Shown piece by piece: positions 14,401-30,165 of a stretch of 64,000 nucleotides of DNA. The position numbers were made by a program, and so were the translations under genes. Each line of letters starts with the position of its first letter. Position 1 is the stretch's first letter. Source of the DNA: the human T2T-CHM13v2.0 reference genome, Homo sapiens; assembly GCF_009914755.1 (NCBI RefSeq), contig NC_060938.1; one strand, given 5' to 3'. The notes under the pieces were generated by a model that was not told where the DNA came from, did not search any database, and was given only the letters and a program-made list of their open reading frames with translations.

Positions 14401-17400
14401 AAAATGGTTATATCACCTGGGTGATCAGTGCAGAGATGTGCCACAACACCCCTGTAGCCAGAGCCTAGACCAGAGTTACATCACCTGGGTGATCAGTGCA
14501 GAGATATGTCATAAATCCCACTGTAGGCAAAGCCTAGACAAGTTTTACATCACCTCAGCGATCAGTGCAGAAATATGGCCCAATATCCCTCTAGGCAGAG
14601 CTTAGACAAGAGTCACATCTCCTGGGTGATCAGTGCAGAGAAAAGTCACAATGCCCCCGTAGGCAGAGCATAGACGAGAGTTCCATAACCCGGGTGATCC
14701 GTGCAGAGTGATGTCACAACGCCCTCTGTAGGCAGAGAGTAGAAAAGAGTTACATCACCTGGGTGATCAGTGCAGATATATGTCACAATACCCGATGTAG
14801 GCAGAGCATAGAGAAGAGTGGCATCACCTCGGTGATCAGTGCAGATATATGTCACAATGTCCCCTCCAGGCAAAGCCTAGGCAAGAGTTACATCACGTTT
14901 GTCATCAGTTTAGGGATATGTGAAAACGCCCCTGTAGGCAGAGCCTAGACAAGAGTTACATCACCTAGTTAATCAGTGCAGAGATATTTCACAATACACA
15001 CTGTAGGCAGTTACTAGGCAAGAGTTGAATCACCTGGGTGATCAGTGCAGAGATATTTCACAATGCCCCCTTTGGGCAGAGGGTAGACAAGAGTTACATC
15101 ACCGAGGTGATCCGTGCAGAGATTTGTCAAAATTCCCTTTGGCAGTGCTCATAAAAGTGTTACATCACCTAAGTGATCAGTGTAAACATATGTCACAAAG
15201 CTCCTGTAGGAAGAACTTAGATGAGTTACGTCACCTGGGAGATCAGTGCAAAGGTATGTCACAAAGCCCCATGTAGGCAAAGCCTAGACAATAGTTCCAT
15301 CACTTGGGTGATCAGTGGCGAGATCTCTCACAATACCCCTGTAGGCAGAGCTTATACAACAGTTACATCATCTGGGTGATCAGTGCAGAGATATGTCACA
15401 ATGCCCCCATAGGCAGATCCAAGACAAGAGTCCGTCACCTGGGTGATCAATGCAGAGATATGTGAGAATTCCCGTGTAGGCAGTGTCTAGACAAGAGTTA
15501 CATCACCTAGGATATCAGTGCAGGTATAAGTCATAAAGCCTCCTGTAGGCAGAGCGTAGACAAGAGTTCCCTCCCCAGGGTGATCAGTGCAGAGATGTGT
15601 CACAAAGCCCCTGTAGGCAGAGCCTAGACAAGAGTTTCATCACTTGGTTGATCAGTTCAGAGATGTGTCACAATGTCCATGTAGGCAGATCTAAGACAAG
15701 AGTCCATTACCTGGGTGATCAGTGCAGAGATATGTACCAATGTCCCCTGAAGGCAGTGCCTAGACAAGAGTTGCATCACCTCAGATGTCAGTGCATAGAT
15801 ATGTCACAAAGCCTTCTGTAGGCAAAGCCCATACAAGGCTTACATCACCTAGGTGATCAGTGCAGTGATATGTCACAAAAATCCCTGTAGACAGAGCCTA
15901 GAAAAGAGTTACATCACCTGGGTGATCAGTGCAGATATTTGACACAATGCCCCCATAGACAGAGCCTAGACAAGACTTCCATCACCTGGTTGATCAGTGC
16001 AGAGATATGTCACAAATTCCCCTCTAGGCAGAGTATAGAGAAGAGTCCCATCACCTGGGTGATCAGTGCAGAGATATTTCACAATGCCCCCTGTAGGCAG
16101 AGAGTGGACAAGAGTTACATAACCTAGGTGATCTGTGAAGAGCTATGCCAAAACGCCCCTGTAGGCAGAGCCTAGATAAATGTTACATCACCTGGGTGAT
16201 CAGTGCAGAGATACGTCACAATAACCCCTGTAGGTGGAGCCTAGACAAGAGTTACATCAACTGGGTGATCAGTGCAGAGATATGTCACAAAGCCCCTGTA
16301 GGCAGAGCCTAAACAAGAGTTACATCACCTGGCTGATCAGTGCAGAAATATGTCACAAAGCCCCTGTAGGCCCTGCCTAGCCAAGAGTTGTTACCTCTCC
16401 TGGGTGATCAGTGCAAAGATATGGCACAAAGCCCCCTGTAGACAAATCCCAGAAAATTGTTACATCACCTGGGTGATCAGTGGAGATATCTGTCAAAATT
16501 CCCCTTCAGGCACAGCTTGGACAAGCGTTACATCCCATGAGTGATCAGTGCAGAGATAAGTCACTATGCCCCCATAGGCAGATCCAAGACAAGAGTCCAT
16601 CACCTGGGTGATCAGTGCAGAAATATGTCACAATGTCGACAGTAGGCAGATACAGACAAGAGTTACATCACCTGCGTGATCACTGCAGAGATATGTCACA
16701 ATGCCCCTGTAGGCAGAGCCTAGACACGAGTCCCATCACCTGGGCGATCAGTGCAGAGTTATGTCACAATGCCCCCTTTTGACAGAGCCTAGACAAGGGT
16801 TACATCACCTGGGTGATCAGTGCAGAGATGTGTCACAAGCCCGCTGTAGCCAGAGCCTATATATGAGATACACCAGCTATGTGATCAGTGCAGTGACATG
16901 TCACAATGTCCCTGTAGCCATATCCTTGAGAAAAGTGACATCACCTCGGTGATCAGTGCGTAGATATGTCACAATATCTCCAATAGGCAGATTAGACAAG
17001 AGTTACATCTCCTGGGTGATCAGGGCAGAGATATGTCACAATGCCCCCTGTAAGCAGATCCCAGACAAGAGTTGCATCACCTCGGTGATCAGTGCAGTGA
17101 TATGTCTCAATGACCCCTGTCATTGAAGCCTATACAAGAGTAACATCATCTCGGTGATCAGTGCAGTGATATGTTAAAATGCCCCTGTAGGCAGAGCCTA
17201 GACAAGAGTCACATCACCTGGGTGATCAGTGTAGAGATATCTCACAATAACCCCTGTAAGCAGAGCCTACACAACAGTTACAACACCTGGGTGATCAGTG
17301 CAGAGATATGTCATGAATCTCACTGTAGGCAAAGCCTAGACAAGTTTTACACCACCTCAGCGATCAGTGCAGGGATATGTCCCAATGTCCCTCAAGGCAG

Positions 17401-20400
17401 AGCTTAGACAAGAGTCACATCTCCTGGGTGATCAGTGCAGAGATAAGTCACAATGACCCTGTAGGCAGAGCCTAGACAATAGTTACATAACCCGGGTGAT
17501 CCGTGCAGAGTCATGTCACAACGCCCTCTGTAGGCAGAGACTAGAAAAGAGTTACATCACCTTTGTGATCAGTGCAGAGATATGTCACAATGCCCCCTGT
17601 AGGCAGAGCATAGAGAAGAGTTGCAACACCTGGGTGATCATTGCAGAGATATGTCACAAAGCTCCTGTAGGCAGAACTTAGATGAGTTACATCACCTGGG
17701 AGATCAGTGCAAAGGTATGTCACAAAGCCCCATGTAGGCAAAGCCTAGACAACAGTTACATCACTTGGGTGATCAGTGGCGAGATCTCTCACAATTCCCC
17801 TGTAGACAGAGCTTATACAACAGTTACATCACCTGGGTGATCAGTGCAGAGATATGTCACAATGCCCCCATAGGCAGATCCAAGGCAAGAGTCCGTCACC
17901 TTGGTGATCAGTGCAGAGATATGTGAGAATTCCCGTGTAGGCAGAGCCTAGACAAGTGTTACATCAACTAGGTTAGCAGTGCAGGTATAAGTCATAAAGC
18001 CTCCTGTAGGCAGAGCGTAGACAAGAGTTCCCTCCCCAGGGTGATCAGTGCAGAGATGTGTCACAAAGCCCCTGTAGGCAGAGCCTAGACAAGAGTTTCA
18101 TCACTTGGTTGATCAGTTCAGAGATGTGTCACAATGTCCACGTAGGCAGATCTAAGTCAAGACTCCATCACCTGGGTGATCTGTGCAGAGATATGTACCA
18201 ATGTCCCCTGTAGGCAGTGCCTAGACAAGAGTTGCATCACCTCAGAGATCAGTGCAGAGATATTTCACAAAGCCTTCTGTAGGCAAAACCCATACAAGGC
18301 TTACATCACCTAGGTGATCAGTGCAGTGATATGTCAAAAAAATCTCCGTAGACAGAGCCTAGAAAAGAGGTACATCACCTGGGTGATCAGTGCAGATATT
18401 TGACAGAATGCCCCCATAGACAGAGCCTAGACAAGACTTCCATCACCTTGGCGATCAGTGCAGAGATATGTCACAAATCCCCCTCTAAGCAGAGTACAGA
18501 GAAGAGTCCCATCACCTGATTGATCAGTGCAGAGATGTTTCACAATGTCCCCTGTAGACAGAGAGTGGGCAAGGGTTACATAACCTAGGTGATCTGTGCA
18601 GAGCTATGTCAAAACGCCCCTGTAGGCAGAGCCTAGATAAATGTTACATCACCTGGGTGATCAGCGCAGAGATAGGTCACAATACCCCTGTAGGTGGAGC
18701 CTAGACAAGAGTTACATCAACTGGGTGATCAGTGCAGAGATATGTCACAAATCCCTGATAGGCAGAGCCTAGACAAGAGTCCCATCACCTGGGTGATCAT
18801 TGCAGAGTTATGTCACAAAGCCCCCTTTTGACAGAGCCTAGACAAGGGTTACATCACCTGGGTGATCATTGCAGAGATGTGTCACAAGCCCCATGTAGCC
18901 AGAGCCTGGAAAAGAGTTACATCTGCTGTGTGATCAGTGCAGTGACATTTCACAATGTCCCTGTAGCCATATCCTTGAGAAAAGTGACATCACCTGGGTG
19001 ATCAGTGCGGAGATATATCACATTGTCTCCAGTAGGCAGAGCCTAGACAAGAGTTACATCACCTGGGTGATCAGGGCATAGATATGTCACAATGACCCCT
19101 GTAAGCAGATATGAGACAAGAGTTGCATCACCTCGGTGATCAGTGCAGATTTATGTCTCAATGCACCTTTCAGCGAAGCCTATACAAAAGTTACATCATC
19201 TCGGTGATCAGTGCAGTGATATGTTAAAATGCCCCTGTAGGCAGAGCCTAGACAAGAGTTACATCACCTGGGTGATCAGTGCAGAGATATCTCATCATAC
19301 TCCCTTTAAGCAGAACCTAGACAAGAGTTACATCACCTGGGTGATTAATGCAGAGATATGTCATAAATCCCACGTAGGCAAAGCCTAGACAAGTTTTATA
19401 TAACCTCAGCGATCAGTGCAGAGATATGTCCCAATGTCCCTCTAGGCAGAGCTTAGAAAAGGGTCACACCTCCTGAGTGATCAGTGCAGAGATAAGTCAC
19501 AATGCCCCCATAGGCAGAGCCTAGAGGAGAGTTACATAACCCTGGTGATCCGTGCAGAGTGATGTCACAACGCCCTCTGTAGGCAGAGACTAGAAAAGAG
19601 TTACATCACCTGGGTGATCAGTGCAGAGATATGTCACAATGCCCCCAGGAGGCAGAGCATAGAGAAGAGTTGCATCACATGGGTGATCATTGCAGAGATA
19701 TGTCAAAATGTCCCCTGTAGGCAGAGCATAGAGAAGAGTTGCATCACATGGGTGATCAGTGCAGAGATATGTCAGAATGTCCCCTGTAGGCAGAGCATAG
19801 AGAAGAGTTGCATCACCTGGGTGATCAGTGCGGAGATATGTCACAATGTCCCCTGTAGGCAAAGCCTAGGCAAGAGTTGCATCACCTAGGTGATCAGTGC
19901 AGATATATGTCCAATGTCCCCTGTAGGCAAAGCCTAGGCAAGAGTTACATCACCTTTGTCATCAGTTCAGGGATATGTGAAAATGCCCCTGTAGGCAGAG
20001 GTTAGAGAAGAGTTACATCACTTTGTTGATCAGTGCAGATATGTTTCACAATACCCCCTGTAGGCAGATCTTAGACAAGAGTTGAATCACCTTGGTGATC
20101 AGTGCAGAGATATTTCACAATGCCCCCTTTGGGCAGAGGGTAGACAAGAGATACATCACCTAGGTGATCCGTGCAAAGATTTGTCAAATTTCCCTGAAGG
20201 CAGTGCTTATAAAAGTGTTACATCAGCTAAGTGATCAGTGCAGAGATATGTCACAAAGCTCCTGTAAGCAGAATTTAGATGAGTTACATAACCGGGTGAT
20301 CATTGCACAGGTATGTCACAAAGCCCCCTGTAGGCAAAGCCTAGACAATAGTTCCATCACTTGGGTGATCAGTGGCGAGGTCTCTCACAATTCCCCTGTA

Positions 20401-23107
20401 GGCAGAGCTTATACAAGAGTTACATCACCTAGGTGATCAGTGCAGAGATATTTCACAATGCCCTTGCAGGCAGAGCGTAAGCAAGAGTTACATCACCTAG
20501 ATGATCAGCGCATAGATATGTCACAAGGCCCCCTATAGGCAGAGCCTGGACAAGAGTTACATCACCTCGGTGATCAATGCAGCGATATGTCACTATGCCC
20601 CGTAGGCAGAGCCTAGTCAAGCGTTACATCACCTGGGTGATCAGTGCACATATATGTCACAAAGCCCCCATACACAGAGCCTAGACGAGAGTCCCATCAC
20701 CTGGGTATTCAGTGCAGAGTTCTGTCACAAATTCCCTTTAGGCAGATCCTAGACAAGTGTTACATCACTTGGATGATCAGTGTAAAGATATGTCACAATG
20801 TCACTGTAGGCAGAGTCTAGACAAGAGTTACATGACGTAGGTGATCAGTGCAGAGATACATAGCAATGTCCCTGTAGGCAGAGCCTTGACAAATGGTACA
20901 TCACCTGGGTGATCATTGCAGGGATATGTCACAAATCACCCTGTAGGCAGATCCTAGAAAAGAGTTACATCACCTAGGTGATCAGTGCAGAGATTTGTCA
21001 AAATTCCCTGTGGGCAGTGCTTATATAAGTGTTGCATCACCTAAGAGATCAGTGCAGAGATACGTCACAAAGCTCCTGTAGGCAGAATTTAGATGAGTTT
21101 ACATCACCTCGGTGATCAGTGCAAAGCTATGTCACAAACCCCCTGTAGGCAAAGCCTAGACAATAGTTACATCACTTGTGTGATCAGTGGTGAGATCTCT
21201 CACAATTCCCCTGTCGGCAGAGATTATACAATAGTTACATCACCTGGGTGATCAGTGCAGAGATATGTAACAGTACCCCCATAGGCAGATCCAAGACAAG
21301 AGTCCGTCACCTGGGTGATCAGTGCAGAAATATGTCACAAAGCCCCCTTAGGCAGAGCCTAGACAAAAGACCCATCACCTGGATGATTAGTGCAGAGTTA
21401 TGTCACAAAGTCCCTTTAGGCAGATCTTAGACAAGAGTTACATCACTTGGATGATCAGTGCAGAGATATGTCACAATGCCATTGTAAGCAGAGCCTAGAT
21501 AAGTGTTACATGACCTAGGTGAACACTGCAGGGATACATCGCAATGTCCCTGTAGGCAGAGCCTTGACAAGTGGTACATCACCTGGGTGATCATTGCAGG
21601 GATATGTCACAAGGCACCCTGTAGGCATATCCTAGAAAAGAGTTACATCACCTGGGTGATCAGTGCAGAGATATGTCACAATGCCACTGTAGGCAGAGCC
21701 TAGACAAGAGTTACATGACCTAGGTGATCAGTGCAGAGATACATCGCAATGCCCCTGTAGGTAGAGCCTTGGCAAGTGGCATATCACCTGGGTGATCATT
21801 GCAGGGATATGTCACAAGGCACCCTGTAGGCATATCCTAGAAAAGAGTTACATCACCTGGGTGATCAGTGCAGAGATATGTCACAATGCCACTGTAGGCA
21901 GAGCCTAGACAAGAGTTACATGACCTAGGTGATCAGTGCAGAGATACATCGCAATGCCCCTGTAGGCAGAGCCTTGAAAAGTGGTATATCACCTGGGTGA
22001 TCATTGCAGGGATATGTCACAAAGCACCCTGTAGGCAGATCCTAGAGAAGAGTTATATCACCTGAGTGATCAGTGCAGAGATATGTCACAAGCCCCCTGT
22101 AGGCAGAGCCTAGACAAGAGTTATATCACCTGGGTGATCAGTGCAGTGATATGTCACAATGCCGTGCAGCCAGAGCCTAGACTAAATTTACAGCACCTGG
22201 GAGATCAGTGCAGAGATATGTCACAATGTCCCCAGTAGGCAGAGACCAGGCAAGAGTTGGATCACCTCGGGATCAGTGCAGAGATATGTCTCAATCCCCC
22301 TGTGGGCACAGCCTAGACAAGAGTTACATCACCTAGGTTAACAGTGCAGAGATATGTCGAAATGTCCTGTAGGCAGAACCTACACAAGTGTTACATCACT
22401 TAGGTAATCAGTGCAGAGATATGTCACAATACCCCCTGTAAGCAGAGCCTAGACAAGAGTTAGATCACCTGGGTGAACAATGAAGAGATATGTGGCAACG
22501 CCCCTTTAAGCAGAGCCTAGACAATAGTTACATCACCTGAGTGATCAGTGCAGAGATCTGTCACAATGCCCCTTTAGGCAGAGCTCAGAACAGAGTTACA
22601 TCACCTGGGTGATCAGTGCGGATATATGTCACAATGCCCCCATAGGCAAATCCAAGACAAGCGTCTGTCACCTGGGTGATCAGTGCAGAAATATGTGACA
22701 ATGCCCCCAGTAGGCAGAGCCAAGAGAAGAGTCCCACTACCTGGGTGATCAGTGGAGAGATATGTGACAAGGACCCTTTAAGAAGAACCTAGACTATAGT
22801 TACATCACCTGAGTGATCAGTGCAGAGATCTGTCACAATGACCCTTTAGGCAGAGCTTAAACCAGAGTTACATCACCTGCGTGATCAGTGCAGAGATATT
22901 TCACAATGCCCCCATAGGCAGATCCAACACAAGAGTTACATCACCTGGGTGATCAGTGTAGAGATATGTCACAATGCCCCCATAGGCATAGCCTAGAAAA
23001 AAGTCCCATCACCTGGGTGATCAGTGCAGAGATATGTCACAAAGTCCCAGTAGGCAGAGCCTAGACAAGGTTTACATCACTTTGTTGATCAGTTCCGAGA
23101 TGTGTCA
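11451..23107 (+). repeat. Beta satellite (68-bp Sau3A family) block 1
   Basis: Tandem 68-69-bp monomers GTAGGCAGAGCCTAGACAAGAGTTACATCACCTGGGTGATCAGTGCAGAGATATGTCACAATGCCCCT, with a GATC site in most monomers. Confidence 0.95.
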
Positions 23108-23694
23108 TGCTGACTGTTTGATCCTGGAGCTCTGTGGGCACCAGTAAACATGCAGGGAAGGGTGGAAGAAAGGCATGGTGCCTTCGCTCTACTTGCCAGT
23201 TTCCAAACCGGCCACACAGCAGACTCCCCATGTTGCCGCACATGGGAATCCAACGTCAAGCCATCACGCTGGGGAGGCATCTTCTCTCTGGTGTCTTGCT
23301 GTAGTCTCCTATGTGGAAATGAACGAGAGCCACACGCCTGCGTGTGTGAGACTGTCCTGGCAATGGCGACACCCACAGGCACTGCCTCCTTCAGGGAGAG
23401 AGGGCCTGGAACACTCAAGACTCCCACGGAGGTTCAGTTCCACACTCCTTTCCACTCTCCCAGGCCGGTTTCTCCCTGCTGAAGACGCGTGGGAGCCCAG
23501 AGAGCGGTTTCCAGTTCCCGCGGGATTCCTGGAGAGGTCCGGAGAGCCAGCCCCCGAAACGCAACCCCCTCACGCCTTCCACCTCGCCCCCTTCCTCTTC
23601 GTCTCTCCGGCCCCACCACCACCATCTCCACGCCCTCCCCCCCCCCACCCCACCACAGCCCGGCGGCAGTCCTCGACGCCCTGGGACCCTTCCG

Positions 23695-25175
<1,481 letters not shown>

Positions 25176-25314
25176 GACGCGGGGTTGGGACGAGGTCGCT
25201 TCGGGGCAGGGCGTTGGCATCTCTTTCGCGGGGAACACCTGGCTTGCTATGGAAGGGCGTATCTTCCCCCTGCCCCCTCCACCGGCTGACCAGCCTGGGA
25301 TTCCTGCCTTCTAG

Positions 25315-25406
25315 GTGTAGGCCCGGTGAGAAAATCCACCCAGCGAAAAACTTCCATTCTTTCCTGGGCATCCCGGGGATCCCAGACCCGGCCCAGGTAC
25401 CAGCAG
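25315..25406 (+). other. DUX4 exon-2-like segment with intact splice sites
   Basis: Acceptor CCTTCTAG| (AG at 25313-25314) and donor GGTACCAGCAG|GTGGGC (GT at 25407-25408), as in the recalled DUX4 3' UTR exon 2. Confidence 0.7.
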
Positions 25407-25765
25407 GTGGGCCGCCTACTGCGCACGCGCGTGTTTGTGGGCAGCCGCCTGGGATGTGGGAGCAGCCCGAGCAGAGCTCTCATGCCTTTCCACCACCCCA
25501 CCCCCACCTGACCACCCCCACACCACCCTCACCACCCACCCCCAGAAAATGCGTCCTCCCCTGGGCTGAGTGGAGACCCCCGTCCCGTGAAACACCGTGC
25601 TCGCGCAGCGTCCAGGCCTGACACCCCACCGGCGGCTCGCCTCCGTTGCGCATCCACGCCACCATCGCCAGCCCGCCCGTGCCCCTGCAGCCTCCCAGCT
25701 GTCACCATGGAGCGCCCAGCGGCGGAACGCACACGTCTAGCTCTCTTTGCCAGCCTCCTGGCTAG

Positions 25766-25950
25766 ACCTGCAATAATTGTGCACGCCAGCTGACGTTCAA
25801 GGGAGACCGCTGGCCTCTCTGGGCCCTTGTCCATCTGTGAAATTCCGGCTGAGACTCTCCCAACACCTTCCGACGCTCTTTAGTCAAAGCCTGGAGAATA
25901 GTTACATCTCCTGGATGATCAGTTCAGAAATATGTCACAATGCCCTCTCC
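25766..25950 (+). other. DUX4 exon-3 (pLAM)-like segment lacking the ATTAAA poly(A) signal
   Basis: Acceptor CCTCCTGGCTAG|ACCTGC (AG at 25764-25765). The position equivalent to the poly(A) signal reads GTCACA (25934-25939) in the context TCAGAAATAT-GTCACA-ATGCCC. Confidence 0.75.
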
Positions 25951-28900
25951 ATGCGGAGCCTAGAGAAGATTTGCATCTTTTGGGTGATCAGTGCAGAGAT
26001 ATTTCACAATGTCCCCTGTTCTAAAAGCCTGGAAATGATTTACATCACCTCGGTGATCAGTGCATAGGTATGTCAGAAATCCCCAGTAGGCTGAACCTAG
26101 ACAAGGGTTACATCACTTAGGTGATCAGTGTAGAGATATGTGAAATTTCCCATGTAGACAGAGCCTAGACAAGTGTTATATCTCCTAGTGATCTGTGCAG
26201 GGATAAGTCGTAAAGCCTCTTGTAGGCAGAGTGTAGACAAGTGTTTCCTCCCTGGGGTGATCAGTGCAGAGATATGTCACAAAGCCCCTGTAAGCAGAAC
26301 CTTCACAAGGGTTACATCACCTGTTTGATCAGTGGAAATATATATCACAAAGCCCCCTGTAGGCAAAGACCAGACAATTGTTACATCACCTGGGTGAGCA
26401 GTGGAGAAATCTGTCACAATGCCCTTGTAGGCAGAGCTTAGACAAGGGTTACATCACCTGGGTGATCAGCGCAGAGATATGTCAAAACGCTCCTGTAGGC
26501 TGAACCTAGACAGGAGTTACATTACCTGTGTGATCAGTGCAGAGATATCTGAGAATTCCCGTGTAGGCAGAGCCTAGACAAGTGTTACATCACCTAGGTT
26601 GTCAGTGCAGGTATAAGTCATAAAGCCTCCTGTAGGCAGAGCATACACAAGAGTTCCCTCCCCAGGGTGATCAGTGAAGAGATGTGTCACAAAGCCCCTG
26701 TAGGCAGAGCCTAGACAAGAGTTTCATCACTTCGTTGATCAGTTCAAGATATGTCACAATGTCCATGATGCCAGATCTAAGACAAGAGTCCATCACCTGG
26801 GTGATCAGTGCAGAGATATGTACCAATGTCCCCTGTAGGCAGTGCCTAGACAAGAGTTGCATCACCTCAGAGATCAGTGCATAGGTATGTCACAAACCCT
26901 TCTGAAGGCAAAGCCCATACAAGGCTTACATCAACTAGGTGATCAGTGCAGTGATATGTCACAAAAATCCCTGTAGACAGAGCCTAGAAAAGAGTTACAT
27001 CACCTGGGTGATCAGTGCAGATATTTGACACAATGCCCCCATAGACAGAACCTAGACAAGGCTTCAATCTCTTGGGTGATCAATGCAGAGATATGTCACA
27101 AAACGCCCTCTAGGCAGAGTATAGAGAAGAGTCCCATGACCTGGGAGATCAGTGCAGAGATATTTCACAATACTCCTGTAGGCAGACAGTGGACAAGAGT
27201 TACATAACCTAGGTGATCTGTGCAGAGCTATGTCAAAACGCCCCTGTAGGCAGAGCCTAGATAAATGTTACATCTCCTGGGTGATCAGTGCAGACATACG
27301 TCACAATACCCCCTGTAGGTGGAGCCTAGACAAGAGTTACATCACCTGGGTGATCGATGCAGAGATATGTCACAAAGCCCCTGTAGGCAGAGCCTAAACA
27401 AGAGTTACATCTCCTGGGTGATCAGTGCAGAAATATATCACAAAGCCCCTGTAGGCCGAGCCTAGACAAGAATTACATCTCCTGGGTGATCAGTGCAAAC
27501 ATATGTCACAAAGCCCCCTGTGGACAAATCCCAGAAAATTGTTACATCACCTGGGTGATCAGTGGAGTTATCTGTCACAATTCCCTTCTAGGCGCAGCTT
27601 AGACAAGCGTTACATCACATGAGTGATCAGTGCAGAGATATGTCACTATGACCCCATAGGCAGATCGAAGACAAGAGTCCATCACCTGGGTGATCAGTGC
27701 AGAGATATGTCATAAATACCACAGTAGGCAAAGCCTAGACAAGTTTTACATCAGCTGGGTGATCATTGCAGAGATATGTCCCAATGTCCCTCTAGGCAGA
27801 GCTTAGACAAGAGTCACATCTCCTGGGTGATCAGTGCAGGGATAAGTCACAATGCCCCAGTAGGCAGAGCCTAGACAAGAGTTACATAACCCGGGTCAAC
27901 CGTGCAGAGTGATGTCAAAAGGCCCTCAGTAGGCAGAGCCTAGACAAGAGTTACATAACCCGGGTGATCCGTGCAGAGTGATGTCACAACGACCTCTGTA
28001 GGCAGAGACTAGAAAAGAGTTACATCACCTGGGTGATCAGTGCAGAGATATTTCTCAACGCCCCCTTTGGGCAGAGGGTAGACAAGAGTTATATCACCTA
28101 GGTGATCAGTGCAGAGATTTGTCAAAATTCCCTGTAGGCAGTGCTTATAAACGTGTTACATCACCTAAGTGATCAGTGCAGAGATATGCCACAAAGCTCC
28201 TGTAGGCAGAACTTAGATGAGTTACATCACCTGGGTGATCAGTGCAAAGTTGTGTCACAAAGCCCCCTATAGGCAAAGCCTAGACAATAGTTACATCACT
28301 TGGGTGATCAGTGGCGAGATCTCTCACAATTACCCTGTAGGCAGCAGAGCTTATACAACCGTTACATCATCTGGGTGATCAGTGCAGAGGTATGTCACAA
28401 TGCCCCCATAGGCAGATCCAAGACAAGAGTCCATCACCTGGGTGATCAGTGCAGAAATATGTCACAATGCCCCCTTAGGCAGAGCCTACACAAAAGCCCC
28501 ATCACCTGGATGATCAGTGCAGGGTTATGTCACAAAGTCCCCTTAGGCAGATTCTAGACAAGAGTTACATCACTTGGATGATCAGTGCAGAGATATGTCA
28601 CAATGCCACTGTAGACAGAGTCTAGACAAGAGTTACATGACCTAGGAGATCAGTGCAGAGATACATCGCAATGTCCCTGTAGGCAGAGTCTTGACAAGTG
28701 GTACATCACCTGGGTGATCATTGCAGGGATATATCACAAAGCACCCTGTAGGCAGATACTAGAAAAAAGTTACAGCACCTGGGTGGTCAGTGCAGAGATA
28801 TGTCACGATGCCATTGTAGGCAGAGCCTAGGCAAGAGTTAAATGACCTAGGTGATCAGTGCAGAGATACATCACAATGTCCCTGCAGGCAGAGCCTTGAC

Positions 28901-30165
28901 AAGTGGTATATCACCTGGGTGATCATTGCAGGGATATGTCACAAAGCACCCTGTGGGCAGATCCTAGAGAAGAGTTATATCACCTGGGTGATCAGTGCAG
29001 AGATATGTCACAAGAACCCTGTAGGCAGAGCCTAGACAAGTGTTATATCACCTGGGTGATCAGTGCAGTGCTATGTCACAATGCCGTGTAGCCAGAGCCT
29101 AGACTAAAGTTACAGCACCTAGGAGATCAGTGCAGAGATATGTCACAATGTCCCCAGTAGGCAGAGACCAGGCTAGAGTTGGATCACCTCGGGATCGGTG
29201 CAGAGATAAGTCTCAATCCCCCTGTGGGCACAGCCTAGACAAGAGTTACATCACCTCAGTGAACAGTGCAGAGATCTGTCAGGATGCCCCTGTAGGCAGA
29301 GCCTACACAAGTGTTACATCACTTTGGTGATCAGTGCAGAGATATGTCACGATACCCCCTGTAAGTAGAGACTACACAAGAGTTACATCACCTGGGTGGT
29401 CAGTGCAGAGATATGTGGCAACGCCCCTTTAAGCAGAGCCTAGACAATAGTTACATCACCTGAGTGATCAGTGCAGAGATCTGTCACAATGCCCTTTTAG
29501 GCAGAGCTTAGACCAGAGTTACATCACCTGGGTGATCAGTACAGAGACATGTTACAATGCCCCCATAGGCAAATCCTAGACAAGAGTCCGTCACCTGGGT
29601 GATCAGTGTAGAAATATGTGACAATGCCCAAGGAGGCAGAGCCTAGAAAAGAGTCCCATCACCTGGGTGATCAGTGCAGAGATATTTCACAATGCTCCTG
29701 CAGGCAGAGCATAAGCAAGAGTTACATCACATAGATGATCAGTGCAGAGATTTGTCACAAGGCCCCCTATAGTCAGAGGTTCGACAAGAGTTACGTCACC
29801 TCGGTTATCAATGCAGTGATATGTCACTATGCCTCATAGGCAGAGCCTAGTCAAGCGTTACATCATCTGGGTGATCAGTGCAGAGATATGTCACAAAGCC
29901 CCCATACACAGCGCCTAGACAAGTGTCCCATCACCTGGGTGATCAGTGCAGAAATATGTCACAATGCCCCCATAGGCAGATCCAACAAAAGAGTTACATC
30001 ACCTGGGTGATCAGTGTAGAGATATGTCACAATGCCCCCATAGGCAGAGCCTAGACAAAAGTCCCATCACCTGGATGATCAGTGCAGAGATATCTTCCAA
30101 AGCCCCTGAAGGCAGAGCCTAGAGAAAAGTAACATCACTTTGTTGATCAGTTCAGAGATGTGTCA
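25879..30165 (+). repeat. Beta satellite block 2
   Basis: 68-bp monomers. The first ~1 kb is colinear with 11451-12500. Confidence 0.95.
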
